A DNA stretch of 63,309 bases, counting the filler, from Stramenopiles sp. TOSAG23-3 (taxonomy: Eukaryota), in NCBI GenBank assembly GCA_900128585.1. It is 13 parts of 13 records of this genome, joined end to end, with 100 filler letters (N's around TTAATTAATTAA, not from the genome) between each part and the next. Parts side by side here need not be neighbours in the genome. Positions count along the whole stretch, not along the records: positions 30,117 to 36,024 come from LT643417.1; positions 36,125 to 42,032 come from LT643418.1; 11 more parts are not named here. The stretch is one strand, 5' to 3'. The translations under genes and the position numbers were made by a program. Shown here one piece after another: positions 30,789 to 41,941 of this stretch. Every line of letters begins with the position of its first letter. The stretch's first letter is position 1. The notes below the pieces were generated by a model. That model was not told where the DNA came from, ran no database searches, and was given only the letters and a program-made list of their open reading frames with translations.

Positions 30789-33700
30789 ATGGCGTCGTCC
30801 CCAGGGGGTTCTAAAGTAGTTTATAGCTACGCTAGGCATAACCGCAAAGCAGATTTAGAAGCATATTTGGATGGGAACAAGGATACCTTTCATGTAGACG
30901 ACGCAGACACTCACGGCAACTCACTTTTGTGCACAGCGTGTCAAAATGGGCACAAGCGGATTGCGAAAGTTGTTTTACGCCGGGGAGCAGACATTAATTT
31001 CCAGAACAAGCGGGGGAACACGCCATTGCACTTTTGCTACCAGTATGGTTTTTTAGCTCTTGCAGAGTACTTGCAGTCAAAAGGAGCCGACCCAGAAATT
31101 TTGAATTCAAGAGGCCTAAGTTGTTATGAAGGTTTGGGCATCGATTGGGACGCCTATGGTGACGGCCAGGGCCCAGATCCTTCCGCTTACCCGGAACCGT
31201 CGGTGGGTGAAGTAGAGCCCATTGGATATACTGAAAATAATGTGTCCACCGATAATGGAAATGATGCGAGCTATAGCCAATCGTTTGATCAAACGGCTGA
31301 CCAGCAATACGGTGACGATCAGGGGGGTTATTACGATGAAAATGGTAATTGGGTGTACTACGATGGAAGCGGTGCCGGAGCTGAAAATTACGACCAAAAC
31401 GGTTATTACGATGAAAATGGGAACTGGATCGAAGGTTACTACGACGAGCAAGGAAACTGGATCCAAACTAATGCACCGGATTCGTTCGCAGAACCGGAGA
31501 TATTGACCCAGGTGATCGAGGAAGAGGAAGAAGAGGAACTCGAGCCCGAACCGGAGCCGGATCCCGAACCTGAGCCTGAAAAAGAGGAACCATTTTTGCC
31601 TGACATTCCCAGTGCCAGAAAAATAGAGAAGGAAGTGGGCCCTGCCCTCTCACCAATTCCTTCAACCCCTAGGCCAGCAATATTGCCTGATCCAGAAAAG
31701 GACACCACACCTGTTCCACAGGTGACGAAACAGCCGCCGGTGAGAAACATTTTTGATACAGTTTCTACCGACAACGTGGCTGGGTTAAAAAGCATTATAG
31801 CGTACGGCGAGAAATTAGGAAATAGCCAAATCGTTCTTGCCATGCACTGGTCAGTAATGCGCGATTGTTCGGGTATTGCCACGGCTTTGCGACCCCTAAT
31901 CAACGTTGACGGCGGACAGGCCGGCTCTGTCGCAGCCGCAAAGGCGATCACGGCGTTAGGTGGTACACTGTCAAAAAAACACAAGGAGTTATTATTTTAC
32001 GACGCTTGTAGATCGCTGGATCGTACCTTAATTGATGCGCTTATCCACGAAGTGGACGAGGCTTCGATAGACAAAGGCCTTGTTGTGTGTGCTAAAAAAG
32101 GCGAGCTGTCACTTGTTCGGCTACTTATGCGAAGCGCAAGCCCAGAAGGAATCTTAAGAGCCCTCATTGCAGCGGCAGATGGGAATCAATTAGAGCCAGT
32201 GCGGGCGCTTCATGCAAACATCCAAGAGTACTTTGCTCAAAATTATAATTCCAAAGAGAGCTTGTTCGAAACCCATAAGGATATCGCACAATCACTCCAT
32301 AGAGCGCTCAAAGACGCAGACGAAGCCAACTTGCCGGACATTGCTAGCTTGCTCATGTCATTTACATCCTCTGGTAGCACCGTGCCCACTAGGGGAAGTG
32401 GCCAAGGACAGACCAACCAAAGGCGGCGCGGTGCATCTGCATTGAAAATTCTGGATATTGCAAGGTCGGGAAGTGTTACGGAGATGGCTCGAATCGCCAA
32501 AGATTCGTCCCAGCAGAATCTAGTAGCAGCCTTGCACACTGCGTGTTTGGATGGAACGGCTGGGCCGGCAAAACTAATTTTGCCCCATGTAAATGAAGTG
32601 GCAAAGCGCCAAGCATTTATGGCAGCCTCTGCAAAAGGCCACGATGAGGTCATGAAGATTTTAGTACCATCGTTGGACCCTGAGAGCTTGGCAAGAATGT
32701 TTCTGGCTGCGGGCGCAAATGGACGCACTCGCACTTTAGATCTAATGATCGCAGGAGGCATAAAAAACAAAATCACGGAAGCCGAGCGGGGGCGGTCACT
32801 GTTGTCCGCTGCATCCAGCGGGCATGTGGGGGCAGTGAAAATTATCTTACCGGTTGTAAACGACCAGAGGACGCGGGCTCGGGCCTTAGTCTCTGCAGCC
32901 GCCCGTGGAAAAATCCACGTCGTCCATGCATTGACGGACCATGTCACGAAGGAGGGACTGCTAGACCCGAGCGTCATTGGACCGTTGCATTTGCCATTTT
33001 TGCAAGATTCTACCAAAGACCATTCGGAGCTGATGAGCCTTCTTATGCGTTATGCAAGCAAAAAAGCTGGGTACTCCCGCGGTAGAGGGGGACACAATAG
33101 CTACGCTTCGAAAGGGAACGCGCCAGCTTCACCGTCTTCTGGTCATATGAGCGCACCGAACATGCTGCGCCGCCTCGCAGCGGAGCAGAAGGGAGAGAGC
33201 AGCGAAATCTCGTCACCAGGCAAACCAAAGAATTTTACCCCTGCCCCGACCCTTCACATCAGAATGGCCCAGTCGGATCGTGTCGCACCGTCCAGCGCAA
33301 GACTTGGTGGGTCAAAAAGCAGTTTTGGACAGAAAAATAACGGCTTGTCAAAGAAACGGGCCAGCGCAACTGCCCGAATGGCTAGCCAGAACAAAAGGCC
33401 CAACCGTCGTACGGGAAAGTACAACATTGCTGATTTCGAACGGACTGGCGCTACGTGGGACGGTACCGCACACCACGGGCACAGCCGTTTCCGGTGGCGA
33501 CGAGGCCCACTTCTTGGCCGTGGCCGTTTTGGATCTGTTTACGTCGCCATGAATATTGAAAATGGAGAGCTGTTGGCAGTAAAGCAGGTCCCAATCGAAT
33601 CGCAAACGGACAAACGTATGCTCCAGCGGGAGATTTCTTTAATGCGGAGCATGAGCGTTCGCAGCGATAATGTTGTATACTGTGTTGCGACCGAGCTGTT

Positions 33701-34337
33701 TGGCGACGTGTTTAGTATATTCATGGAGTACATACCGGGGGGGTCGATCAAGAACTTAATGAGCGAGTTTGGCCCGCTGAAGGAGGGCGTAGTTCGCGCG
33801 TACACAAAACAGATGCTGAACGGACTTCGAATTTTGCACGATTCCGGAATTGCCCATAGGGATATCAAAGCTGACAACTTGCTGCTAACCGACAAAGGAA
33901 CAATAAAATTAGCAGACTTCGGCTCTGCGAAGCGTATTTCCACTTCAACCATGCACAGCACAAAAGCTGCACAAGCAATAAAGGGAAGCCCGCTATGGAT
34001 GGCACCTGAAGTAATCAGGCAGGAAATCCCAATGGCCGACGATGACCCAGAAGGAAACATTCGCGGGTGGAAGCGTGCAGATGTTTGGAGTGTCGGGTGC
34101 ACTGTTATAGAGATGTTTACAGGGAAACCGCCATTTGAATATTTTAGCAACCCGACGACTGCAATGTTTCATATTGCATCTTGTAAAGAGCCTCCTGGGT
34201 TTCCAAAAGATATGCATGAAGATGGCCTGGACTTGTTGGGTCGTTGCTTTTCGATCAATAGTAATGTAAGACCCAGTATTGACGAATTGAGTCTTCACAC
34301 TTACCCCGAAATGGGGGAGGATTTAGATGACGATTAG
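30789..34337 (+). CDS. Ankyrin-repeat MAPKKK (STE11/MEKK-like) Ser/Thr kinase with YYDENGNW repeats
   Basis: Ankyrin GNTPLHFCYQYG. Kinase motifs WRRGPLLGRGRFGSVY, LAVKQ, MEYIPGGS, HRDIKADN, DFGSAK, GSPLWMAPE and ADVWSVGC. Confidence 0.92.
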   Translation: MASSPGGSKVVYSYARHNRKADLEAYLDGNKDTFHVDDADTHGNSLLCTACQNGHKRIAKVVLRRGADINFQNKRGNTPLHFCYQYGFLALAEYLQSKGADPEILNSRGLSCYEGLGIDWDAYGDGQGPDPSAYPEPSVGEVEPIGYTENNVSTDNGNDASYSQSFDQTADQQYGDDQGGYYDENGNWVYYDGSGAGAENYDQNGYYDENGNWIEGYYDEQGNWIQTNAPDSFAEPEILTQVIEEEEEEELEPEPEPDPEPEPEKEEPFLPDIPSARKIEKEVGPALSPIPSTPRPAILPDPEKDTTPVPQVTKQPPVRNIFDTVSTDNVAGLKSIIAYGEKLGNSQIVLAMHWSVMRDCSGIATALRPLINVDGGQAGSVAAAKAITALGGTLSKKHKELLFYDACRSLDRTLIDALIHEVDEASIDKGLVVCAKKGELSLVRLLMRSASPEGILRALIAAADGNQLEPVRALHANIQEYFAQNYNSKESLFETHKDIAQSLHRALKDADEANLPDIASLLMSFTSSGSTVPTRGSGQGQTNQRRRGASALKILDIARSGSVTEMARIAKDSSQQNLVAALHTACLDGTAGPAKLILPHVNEVAKRQAFMAASAKGHDEVMKILVPSLDPESLARMFLAAGANGRTRTLDLMIAGGIKNKITEAERGRSLLSAASSGHVGAVKIILPVVNDQRTRARALVSAAARGKIHVVHALTDHVTKEGLLDPSVIGPLHLPFLQDSTKDHSELMSLLMRYASKKAGYSRGRGGHNSYASKGNAPASPSSGHMSAPNMLRRLAAEQKGESSEISSPGKPKNFTPAPTLHIRMAQSDRVAPSSARLGGSKSSFGQKNNGLSKKRASATARMASQNKRPNRRTGKYNIADFERTGATWDGTAHHGHSRFRWRRGPLLGRGRFGSVYVAMNIENGELLAVKQVPIESQTDKRMLQREISLMRSMSVRSDNVVYCVATELFGDVFSIFMEYIPGGSIKNLMSEFGPLKEGVVRAYTKQMLNGLRILHDSGIAHRDIKADNLLLTDKGTIKLADFGSAKRISTSTMHSTKAAQAIKGSPLWMAPEVIRQEIPMADDDPEGNIRGWKRADVWSVGCTVIEMFTGKPPFEYFSNPTTAMFHIASCKEPPGFPKDMHEDGLDLLGRCFSINSNVRPSIDELSLHTYPEMGEDLDDD

Positions 34338-34988
34338 TTGTTTGATATTTTTTTCTTCTCTTTTTACATCTTTTTCATAGAGACATTTCATACTTATATT
34401 ATGTTATATTAGTACTTCATACAGTACAATATCATTCTATACGTTTCAGAATTTGTTATACATAAGAACAACATTATAATTGTATTGTTACATTACACAG
34501 CATCATTTTCGATTCGTTGAGCGTTTCTTTCGATTCCGTTATATTTATGATAATCCAGCATAATGCTATTCAGTGTATTTTGTTTTTTATTCGATTCTAC
34601 ATTTTACATGCAAATACAACGGCATTTACAACAGATTTTTTCCGTTCTCTGCCGTTGTTGTCTACCTTCTTCCGCCTTCTTCCTGCCTTCTCCTCGCTTG
34701 TATGTTCTTGCACCCCACAGCGTAATAATAGGGTTCTTCTCTTTTTTTTGTCGTCGTCGTTTGTTTTTTAAATTTGTCATGGCTTCTTTCATTTCTCCAT
34801 TTTCTACGGTTTCATTTGGAATAAGAGATGGGGAGGATTGTTGGAAGACTTGACTTTCGTAAAGAACAGAGAAAGAGAAGAACAGGGAATTAGTTTTCTA
34901 CTTTATATATTTCCGTGATATATTTTATATTCGACTTCGCAAAAAATTTGAGAGTGACAGGTTTATACGTTGGTTTTGCAGCACTAGA

Positions 34989-36024
34989 ATGTCGGAAGAA
35001 GCGGGAGGAAAAATTGAAGAGAAAGTGCAAGCGCCTGGAGAAGCAGCGGCTACTTCTCCGTCTGCCGCATTGCAATTGTCATGGGCTTTCGGATTTAACA
35101 AAGATATTTTAGGGGGTGTTCATAATCTTGGCGATGACACAAGGAGTGCGATATTTTACGTAAGTGCGCACAGTGGTGTAATTTATGACTACGTGAGTCG
35201 TCGCCAACAGCTGTTGCAGGGTCACTGCAACCCCATTACTTGTTGTTGTGTCTCAGAAGACAAGCGGTGGATTGCTACTGCGGACGCTGGGACGGACGCG
35301 TTGATTGTCGTTTGGGACAGTGTAACAGGAACACCCATTAAAACGATATTTAACCCGCACCCAAATGGAGTTCTTGCCATGGACATTACCCCTGACGCAA
35401 TGTTTCTCGTCACTTTGTCGGCCCCCGATGAGAACGGGAAGCAAGAAATTTCCCTTTGGGAGTGGACTGCCCAGGGTGACGGCCCCCTCTACACCGAAGT
35501 GGTAGGGACGCCTGATATTCAGACTTGTGTTAAATTCAACCCGAGCGATATCCGTGAAATTGTTTCTAACGGCGCGACGCGCGTAACGTTCTGGAACTGG
35601 GAGGAGAAACGTTTCAAGTATTATTCCCCACCTTTGTCCAAACGGGAGTTTCCCAACGCTGGTGCGTTCACCCAATCTATTTTTATTCCGGACAGCAAGC
35701 AAGCTATCTCCGCGACGGATAAGGGCAATGTTATCCTGTGGGATTGCAGTTTGATTGGCGCAACGGAAAACAACGGGCGCCCGTCTGACCGCAAAGCAGT
35801 AAAAATGCTAACCATTGGAAAAGGTTCCCTGAATTACCTCCAGGCCCTAGACAATTATCTCTTATGTGCCGGCGAAGACGGAGCGGTAAGATTCTATGAC
35901 TACCAGTTTCGAATTATTGCTTGGTTTGAAGATTTGCAGGCTGGACCAGTTACTTCTGTGTCGTTTGCAAACCTCCCGGCACCGTCTCCGCAGGAAATCG
36001 ATGGCTTCACTGTTCCCGATTTTG
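34989..36024 (+). CDS. CFAP251: Cilia- and flagella-associated protein 251 (WDR66), WD40; 3'-truncated
   Basis: LSWAFGFNKD..VHNL..AHSGVIYDY..LLQGHCNPITCCCVSEDKRWIATAD matches the WDR66 N-terminus. Confidence 0.85.
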
Positions 36025-36342
36025 NNNNNNNNNNNNNNNNNNNNNNNNNNNNNNNNNNNNNNNNNNNNTTAATTAATTAANNNNNNNNNNNNNNNNNNNN
36101 NNNNNNNNNNNNNNNNNNNNNNNNTTGTTTGTTTAATGAAATATATTCATTCGTATAGTTGATTGTGTGATAATAATAATAATTATACTCTTCATACTAC
36201 TACTACAAAAAACGACGGTATTATTATTAAATATTAATATTAGAGACGAGGACGACTGGGCTCTGAAGTGAAGTGAAGTGAAGGCTGGAGACTGGAGAGA
36301 GAAAGAGACGAAAAAATAAGAAGGAAAATTATTTTATTATTA

Positions 36343-36371
36343 TTTAAATAACAGCCAATTTTCTTGTTTTA
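36343..36371 (-). repeat. Head of dispersed AT-rich repeat family
   Basis: Reverse complement reads TAAAACAAGAAAATTGGCTGTTATTTAA. Confidence 0.85.
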
Positions 36372-37164
36372 AAAATTATTTTCTTCATATATTATGCCGC
36401 AAAAACTTTAAATATTGTACTTGTAATAATTTCCTATATAAATGCGTAGAGTGAAAATAAAATAGAACTTTTTTTGGTTAAAATTATAAGTTTTTTCGTC
36501 ATTTTAGATGTTATTCAATGTTATTTTTCGTAACACTAACTCCCTGCTAGTTTTTTAATTAAAAAAAAGTTCACACACATACGCACCCCTCTGGACACAA
36601 AACCGGTTACAACTCTCATAATAAATAGTTGTGACATCGCGAGTAACTTTTCAGAGGTTACAGACTTCACTGTCTACTTTCTTCTACCCTTTCCCACCGG
36701 ATGCAGTATCCGAATATCCCCTCTGCGGAAAGACTGTAATCCTATAATACCTGCCACCTCATTCGGGAACGTCGGGCAGCTTGTGCGTGCGACTTGATAC
36801 CTCGGTCTGCTCGAAAAAAAAATGTGGATACGCGTATACTAACTACATTCACTCTAATAATAAACACGTTGAATCTTGCACATACCCAACTTTGAAAAGT
36901 TTTTTGGAAAGGACGACGAGGCGATGATAAGATATTTAACTTCTCTTTTAATAATAGAGAATAATATTATTCTATACAGTGTCTTCTACTACCAAATATT
37001 ATAATAAGTAGTATAGTATTAGACTATTTATTGCAACATCTGTTAAAATTATAGTATCAACTATCATTGCATCATGGAATGAAAAGAAAGCTAACAACAC
37101 GCGTGGCACATCGTTTTACCTGTTTTCTTCAACTTATAATCTGATTCATTCTGACTTTCAAAAT

Positions 37165-38082
37165 ATGTTTGCTTTTTCGCACAAACTTTGTCGTCCTGCG
37201 TCTCGCCAACTTTTCCGTCGTGGTGGAAACGTCTGTAGCCGCCGTCAAGTCACGGATGGCAAACCTCTTCAAACCCCGCAAGAATTATTCCCGCAAATTC
37301 CCGTAAAAGGTATTTTGGCTGGCGCAGCTGCATGTCTTGCTTACACAAGTTTTACTATTGTTCCTGCTGGAAATGTAGGGGTCGTTGACTTGTTTGGTAC
37401 TGTGGACGAGGAAGTGCGCAAACCAGGCTTTACTTTAAAGAATCCACTTTCGTCGATAAAACTCTTTTCGACAAAAACGCGACTAATGGAATTTACGTGT
37501 AACGTCCCCAGTAAAGAAGGCCTAATCGTCACGTTAAACATATCGCTGCAATACCGCGTTGACCCGGAAAAAGCGGCTGATTTGTATAAGAAAGTCGGTG
37601 TTAACTTCCAGGAAGTTGTAATTGCACCCGCAATGAGGAGTGCCGTCCGGAACGAGACCAGTGCCAGGGATGCAAAAGCACTTTACACTTCCCAAAGGGA
37701 ACAAATTCGAACCGACCTTCTAAATTCTTTGCAGGCAACGTTAAAAGGTAGGGGAATTATTGTTGAAGATGCGCCGTTGAGAAATATTGTTCTTCCTACA
37801 AAACTAACGACTGCTATCGAAAGAAAATTGGAAATGGAGCAGGAATCGGAAAGGATGAATTTTGTCCTTTTGAAAGAGAAACAAGAAGCTCAGAGAAAAG
37901 CAATTGAAGCGAAGGGTATTGCAGATTTTCAACAAATTGTTAAGGCTGGTTTGGACGACAAGTATCTGACATGGAAAGGCATTGAAGCTACCGTTGACCT
38001 TTCCCAAAGCGATAATACGAAAGTCGTTGTTATTGGAAATGGAAAAAATGGATTGCCATTGATTCTTGGTGGAGACAAGTAA
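37165..38082 (+). CDS. Prohibitin/SPFH-domain protein with putative mitochondrial presequence
   Basis: VPAGNVGVVDLFG, PSKEGL..SLQYRVDP, IERKLEMEQE, and C-terminal KVVVIGNGKNGLPLILG. Arg-rich N-terminus without acidic residues. Confidence 0.88.
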   Translation: MFAFSHKLCRPASRQLFRRGGNVCSRRQVTDGKPLQTPQELFPQIPVKGILAGAAACLAYTSFTIVPAGNVGVVDLFGTVDEEVRKPGFTLKNPLSSIKLFSTKTRLMEFTCNVPSKEGLIVTLNISLQYRVDPEKAADLYKKVGVNFQEVVIAPAMRSAVRNETSARDAKALYTSQREQIRTDLLNSLQATLKGRGIIVEDAPLRNIVLPTKLTTAIERKLEMEQESERMNFVLLKEKQEAQRKAIEAKGIADFQQIVKAGLDDKYLTWKGIEATVDLSQSDNTKVVVIGNGKNGLPLILGGDK

Positions 38083-38151
38083 TTAGTTACTATATTTGGC
38101 ACTAGATAATTGATTTCCGGTACAAATTGTACATCAAAAATAACATATATA

Positions 38152-38181
38152 TAAAAACAAGAAAATTGGCTGTTATTTAAT
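38152..38181 (+). repeat. Head of dispersed AT-rich repeat family
   Basis: TAAAAACAAGAAAATTGGCTGTTATTTAA, 70 nt after the prohibitin stop. Confidence 0.88.
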
Positions 38182-38746
38182 ATTTAATAGTAATAATAAA
38201 TATAGAAGACTAAATTTATATATTATTCCCCGCGGCGAAGAAGGAAGGGAGGACAAATATTTTTATTATTACATTTTATTAATTCTTCTTCTTCCTGCTT
38301 CTTCTTCTTTTATTTCTATTTTTTTTTATAATTGGATTTCATTTTAGACGATTGTTTTAGTATTCTATTGGTTGTTCTTCTTCCTTCTTCACATCTTCTT
38401 CTTTTTTCATTTATTATTATTATTCTACGAGGATTCGACGATGATGATTTGATTTTTATACTGCCTACTATTACTACCACTATAATTATATTATTAATAA
38501 ATTCTCCTCTTTTTTTTCTTTCTCTTCTCGTGTGTAAGTGTCAGACAGAGAAAAGAAAGAAGAAATTAGAAAACAGGAAACTAAACAATCAAACAATGTT
38601 TGCAATCATTTGAATAAGTTTCCTGTTGTTTATAGGTGTCCTTTTTCTGTGTGCGTGTGTGTTTGTGTGCTCACTACTTGCTTGGTCAAGTCTTGCGTTG
38701 GTTAACTAAGATCGTCGTGCCTTTCTCCGGAGCAAGAAACAGAAAG

Positions 38747-41700
38747 ATGGACAGGGCCAAGTATGTTGTCGTGGGGGCAATGAAGGAAAACCGTAGGAGT
38801 CTTCCCGCGTATTCGTTGGGTGTGTGCACATGTTTCATTGCCATAACTGTTGCGGCGATGATGCACAGTGTGCTTGAGCAGGCCCCTGCGATTTATTTAG
38901 CGAGTGCTGAGTTGGAGGAGGGCCAAGTGGACGTCCGCGTGAAGCCTGCCGACGGCCCCAGCCCCGTCCTGTTCAACTTTTCTCGGGCAGAAAAGCGCCT
39001 TGAAAAGTTCGAGGAGTTCAAGTTTGCCGTCCCCCGCTTTGCTATTATCGGTTCAATCAAAGCCGCGGGCTCCGCAAAAGCGACGCAAGTGCAGCTGTTC
39101 GCCGCCGGCCTGGAGGGCGAAAAAAAAGCGGGCATTGGCCGAGGGTGGGATACGAAGAAATTTCCCCCTCTGGGGTACGGGGAAGCTTACTTGCAAGACA
39201 AGGTAGCCAGTTTGTTGGGCCTAGGGGTCGGCGATACGTTTCAGGTAGGAATGGGTATGTTTCCCCTTTTTCGCTACTTTGACAGGAAGCCGACCCGAAA
39301 TACCACAGATTTTTTCACGCGCTACGGAGGAGATGGATTTTTCAGTGGTTGTCAGAATTCGGGCTGTAAATGCGAGAGTGGAAGCAGCGACAAGGAGTCG
39401 AGGTGCCTCCTGTGCGACGCTTCCGTTGACTCTTGCGGTTTTCGACCGGACTCCACTAAGATTAGTTTGACGATAAGAGGCCTAGTTCGCGATTGGGATG
39501 GAAAAGTCCGGAACGATGTCTCCAACGGGTTACTAGTTGACTACAGTCATTTTTTTCGGTCTGTTTGGAACAGCCAGCCCATGTACGTACGAATGAATAT
39601 GCTGCCAGAGTTGAAGAAGCTTTTTCCGAAGGAGACGTTTACCGACTCGACTGCCCATGTGGTCGAAGGCTCGGAGGCGTTCGGTAAGCAGTTTGCTTCG
39701 GAGATGATCGTTATGATACCCCCGAAGAAGCGGGGCCAAATTTTGATCCAGGATGACTACAACTTTATCCAGGCGGACATGGTCAACTTCACCTCGGCCA
39801 TCGTGAACACTCTTGGCGCGTTGGATGCCATCCAGTACGAAACCCCCGTGGTCCGGCAGCTGAGGCGCAACAGGTTTACCAGCATGTACTTGGCGCTGAT
39901 CCTGGACATTCTCGTGTTCATCCTCTCGGTGCTGTCGATCGTGCTCATCTACAGTTTGCTCATGATAAACGTGGAATCTCGAACCTTTGAAATTGCGATC
40001 AGGCGAATGCTCGGGAGCACTCGGCGGGATGTTATCGTCCTTCTGGGGGCCCAAGCATTGTCGTACTCCGTGCCGGCACTGGTGATAGGGATGCCGGTCG
40101 CGGCTGCGGGTACCACCAACTTCGTGAATCTGCTGAGCTCGCGGTTGGCCGGAATACCGCTTCAGGGTGGCCTTACGGCCGGGGGCGTCCTCTATGGGCT
40201 GCTCCTTGGCCTCCTCATCCCAATAGTCGCAAGCATAGGTCCGATCAAGACCGCCCTGGAGAAACGGCTCGTTGAGGCCTTGGACACCAAAAGGTCCGTT
40301 CCGGGGGTTAAATTTACCATTTCACGAAATATGGAGGGGAAAGTGTACCGGCCATTTCTGGTTGTCGGCTTTTGCTTGACTCTGTTCGGATTCATCGTGT
40401 ACTACTTCCTTCCCCTTTCGCTGCTGTCTTTCAACGTGGGGCTGTTGGGGAGAATTTTCTTTTTCATATTGTTGGGGCTCCTGTTCGGGCTTGCATTTCT
40501 GAGCCTAAACCTCGAGCAGGCAATGGAGCACGCCGTCATGTTCGTCTTCTTTCGCTGTCTCGTGAAGAAACACTTGCGCGTAACAACTTTGAAAAATCTG
40601 GTGGCGCATCGTGTTCGAAATTTAAAGACGTCGATGATGTACGCAATATCCCTTTCTTTCATCATCATGGTGAATGTGTTTAGTAATATACAGCTCCAGG
40701 CGTACCAATTCTATTTGCTTCAGTCTCGGGGCGGAAATATGGTGGTGTTTGGGACAAGGTTTGTGCCAGGAACCTTGGGAAAGTCGCTGACCTTTCAAGA
40801 CGCGCAGGCCTTTCAAACCATTATTAAGAACGACAGCTTCGTGAACTCGAGAATAGAAGGCGTCGCGTGGGCGTCGCAGCCTGTCCGTTCGGTTCGGGGC
40901 GATGCAGAAAATACGGTCGGGACCCAAGGGCGGATTTTTGCCCGAGGCGACGTCGGGGTGATGGCAGTTTCTCCGAACTACTTTGAAATAGCAACCCCCG
41001 ACTTTTTGAAGGTGAAGGATGACTGGGCGTGGTCGTCGAAGTTTCTATCGGGCCTATCGTTCGGGGAGCAGATGTACACCGCTCGGGGCACGCAGAGCGT
41101 GATTCTTCCGTCGGCGTACATAAAGGCTCTAAACATTGGAATGGGCAAAAACGATCCAGAGCCAAGCCCTGTTGAAGTTATGGTGAACTTTCCGGACGAG
41201 AGCGAGAATTCCGACGGTCTGTCGAACAAGAAAAGGTACAGGTTTCTTCCCAATCACATGTTTCACAACATTGCTGGCTTACGGTTTAGCGAGTACAGGG
41301 AGGGAAACTTGCAGGTTCTGGTGCCTCTACCGGTTCTGAAGAAGTTTCTGGGCGGGGTCATCCCGTCGATAGAGGACATGTTGTTTCAAAAGCTGGTGCT
41401 AAGGCTGAAACCTGGGCTGAGCGAGGACGAGGTTGACACGATTGCCAAAAGCCTCTCGGGTGCCGTAAAGGACAAAAGTGTGCAAGGGAGCGTGTTCAAT
41501 TACAACGATCGCCTTCAGCAAATTGAGTCCAGTGTTGAAACGATAGACATGGTGTTCCTCGGTATGACCACTGTAGGAATGACGCTTTGCTTCTTCTCAT
41601 TGCTTGCTTCGATGGTCAGCAATATTGCAGAGCAAACCAAAGACATCGCGATCCTTCGGGCCCTGGGCCTCCGGAAGAGCGAGATCATTTGCATTTCTTG

Positions 41701-41941
41701 CCTGGAAGCGTTCATACTGGTGATTGCTGCCAGTTTCCTGGGTGGTGCTGCCGGTTGGTTTGTCAGTTGGACCATCAGCCAGCAACGGCAGCTGATTACA
41801 GGGACCCCCGCGACATTTTACTTTCCGGTTGAGCTTACCTTCTTCATAATATTTCTAGCAGCATTTTTTGCTCTGTTGTCTGCTGGCATTCCCTCAAGAA
41901 TTTACGTACAGAAATATATCGCCGACTTGATGCGTATGTGA
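38747..41941 (+). CDS. FtsX/MacB-type (ABC3) permease, duplicated
   Basis: Two FtsX signatures (VESRTFEIAIRRMLGS and IAEQTKDIAILRALGL), multiple TM segments and large extracytoplasmic loops. Confidence 0.85.
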   Translation: MDRAKYVVVGAMKENRRSLPAYSLGVCTCFIAITVAAMMHSVLEQAPAIYLASAELEEGQVDVRVKPADGPSPVLFNFSRAEKRLEKFEEFKFAVPRFAIIGSIKAAGSAKATQVQLFAAGLEGEKKAGIGRGWDTKKFPPLGYGEAYLQDKVASLLGLGVGDTFQVGMGMFPLFRYFDRKPTRNTTDFFTRYGGDGFFSGCQNSGCKCESGSSDKESRCLLCDASVDSCGFRPDSTKISLTIRGLVRDWDGKVRNDVSNGLLVDYSHFFRSVWNSQPMYVRMNMLPELKKLFPKETFTDSTAHVVEGSEAFGKQFASEMIVMIPPKKRGQILIQDDYNFIQADMVNFTSAIVNTLGALDAIQYETPVVRQLRRNRFTSMYLALILDILVFILSVLSIVLIYSLLMINVESRTFEIAIRRMLGSTRRDVIVLLGAQALSYSVPALVIGMPVAAAGTTNFVNLLSSRLAGIPLQGGLTAGGVLYGLLLGLLIPIVASIGPIKTALEKRLVEALDTKRSVPGVKFTISRNMEGKVYRPFLVVGFCLTLFGFIVYYFLPLSLLSFNVGLLGRIFFFILLGLLFGLAFLSLNLEQAMEHAVMFVFFRCLVKKHLRVTTLKNLVAHRVRNLKTSMMYAISLSFIIMVNVFSNIQLQAYQFYLLQSRGGNMVVFGTRFVPGTLGKSLTFQDAQAFQTIIKNDSFVNSRIEGVAWASQPVRSVRGDAENTVGTQGRIFARGDVGVMAVSPNYFEIATPDFLKVKDDWAWSSKFLSGLSFGEQMYTARGTQSVILPSAYIKALNIGMGKNDPEPSPVEVMVNFPDESENSDGLSNKKRYRFLPNHMFHNIAGLRFSEYREGNLQVLVPLPVLKKFLGGVIPSIEDMLFQKLVLRLKPGLSEDEVDTIAKSLSGAVKDKSVQGSVFNYNDRLQQIESSVETIDMVFLGMTTVGMTLCFFSLLASMVSNIAEQTKDIAILRALGLRKSEIICISCLEAFILVIAASFLGGAAGWFVSWTISQQRQLITGTPATFYFPVELTFFIIFLAAFFALLSAGIPSRIYVQKYIADLMRM

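Noticed and set aside
34604-34853. K/R/E-rich minus-strand ORF between the kinase and CFAP251
   Set aside because: Short and low complexity with no motif. It cannot be supported as a gene.
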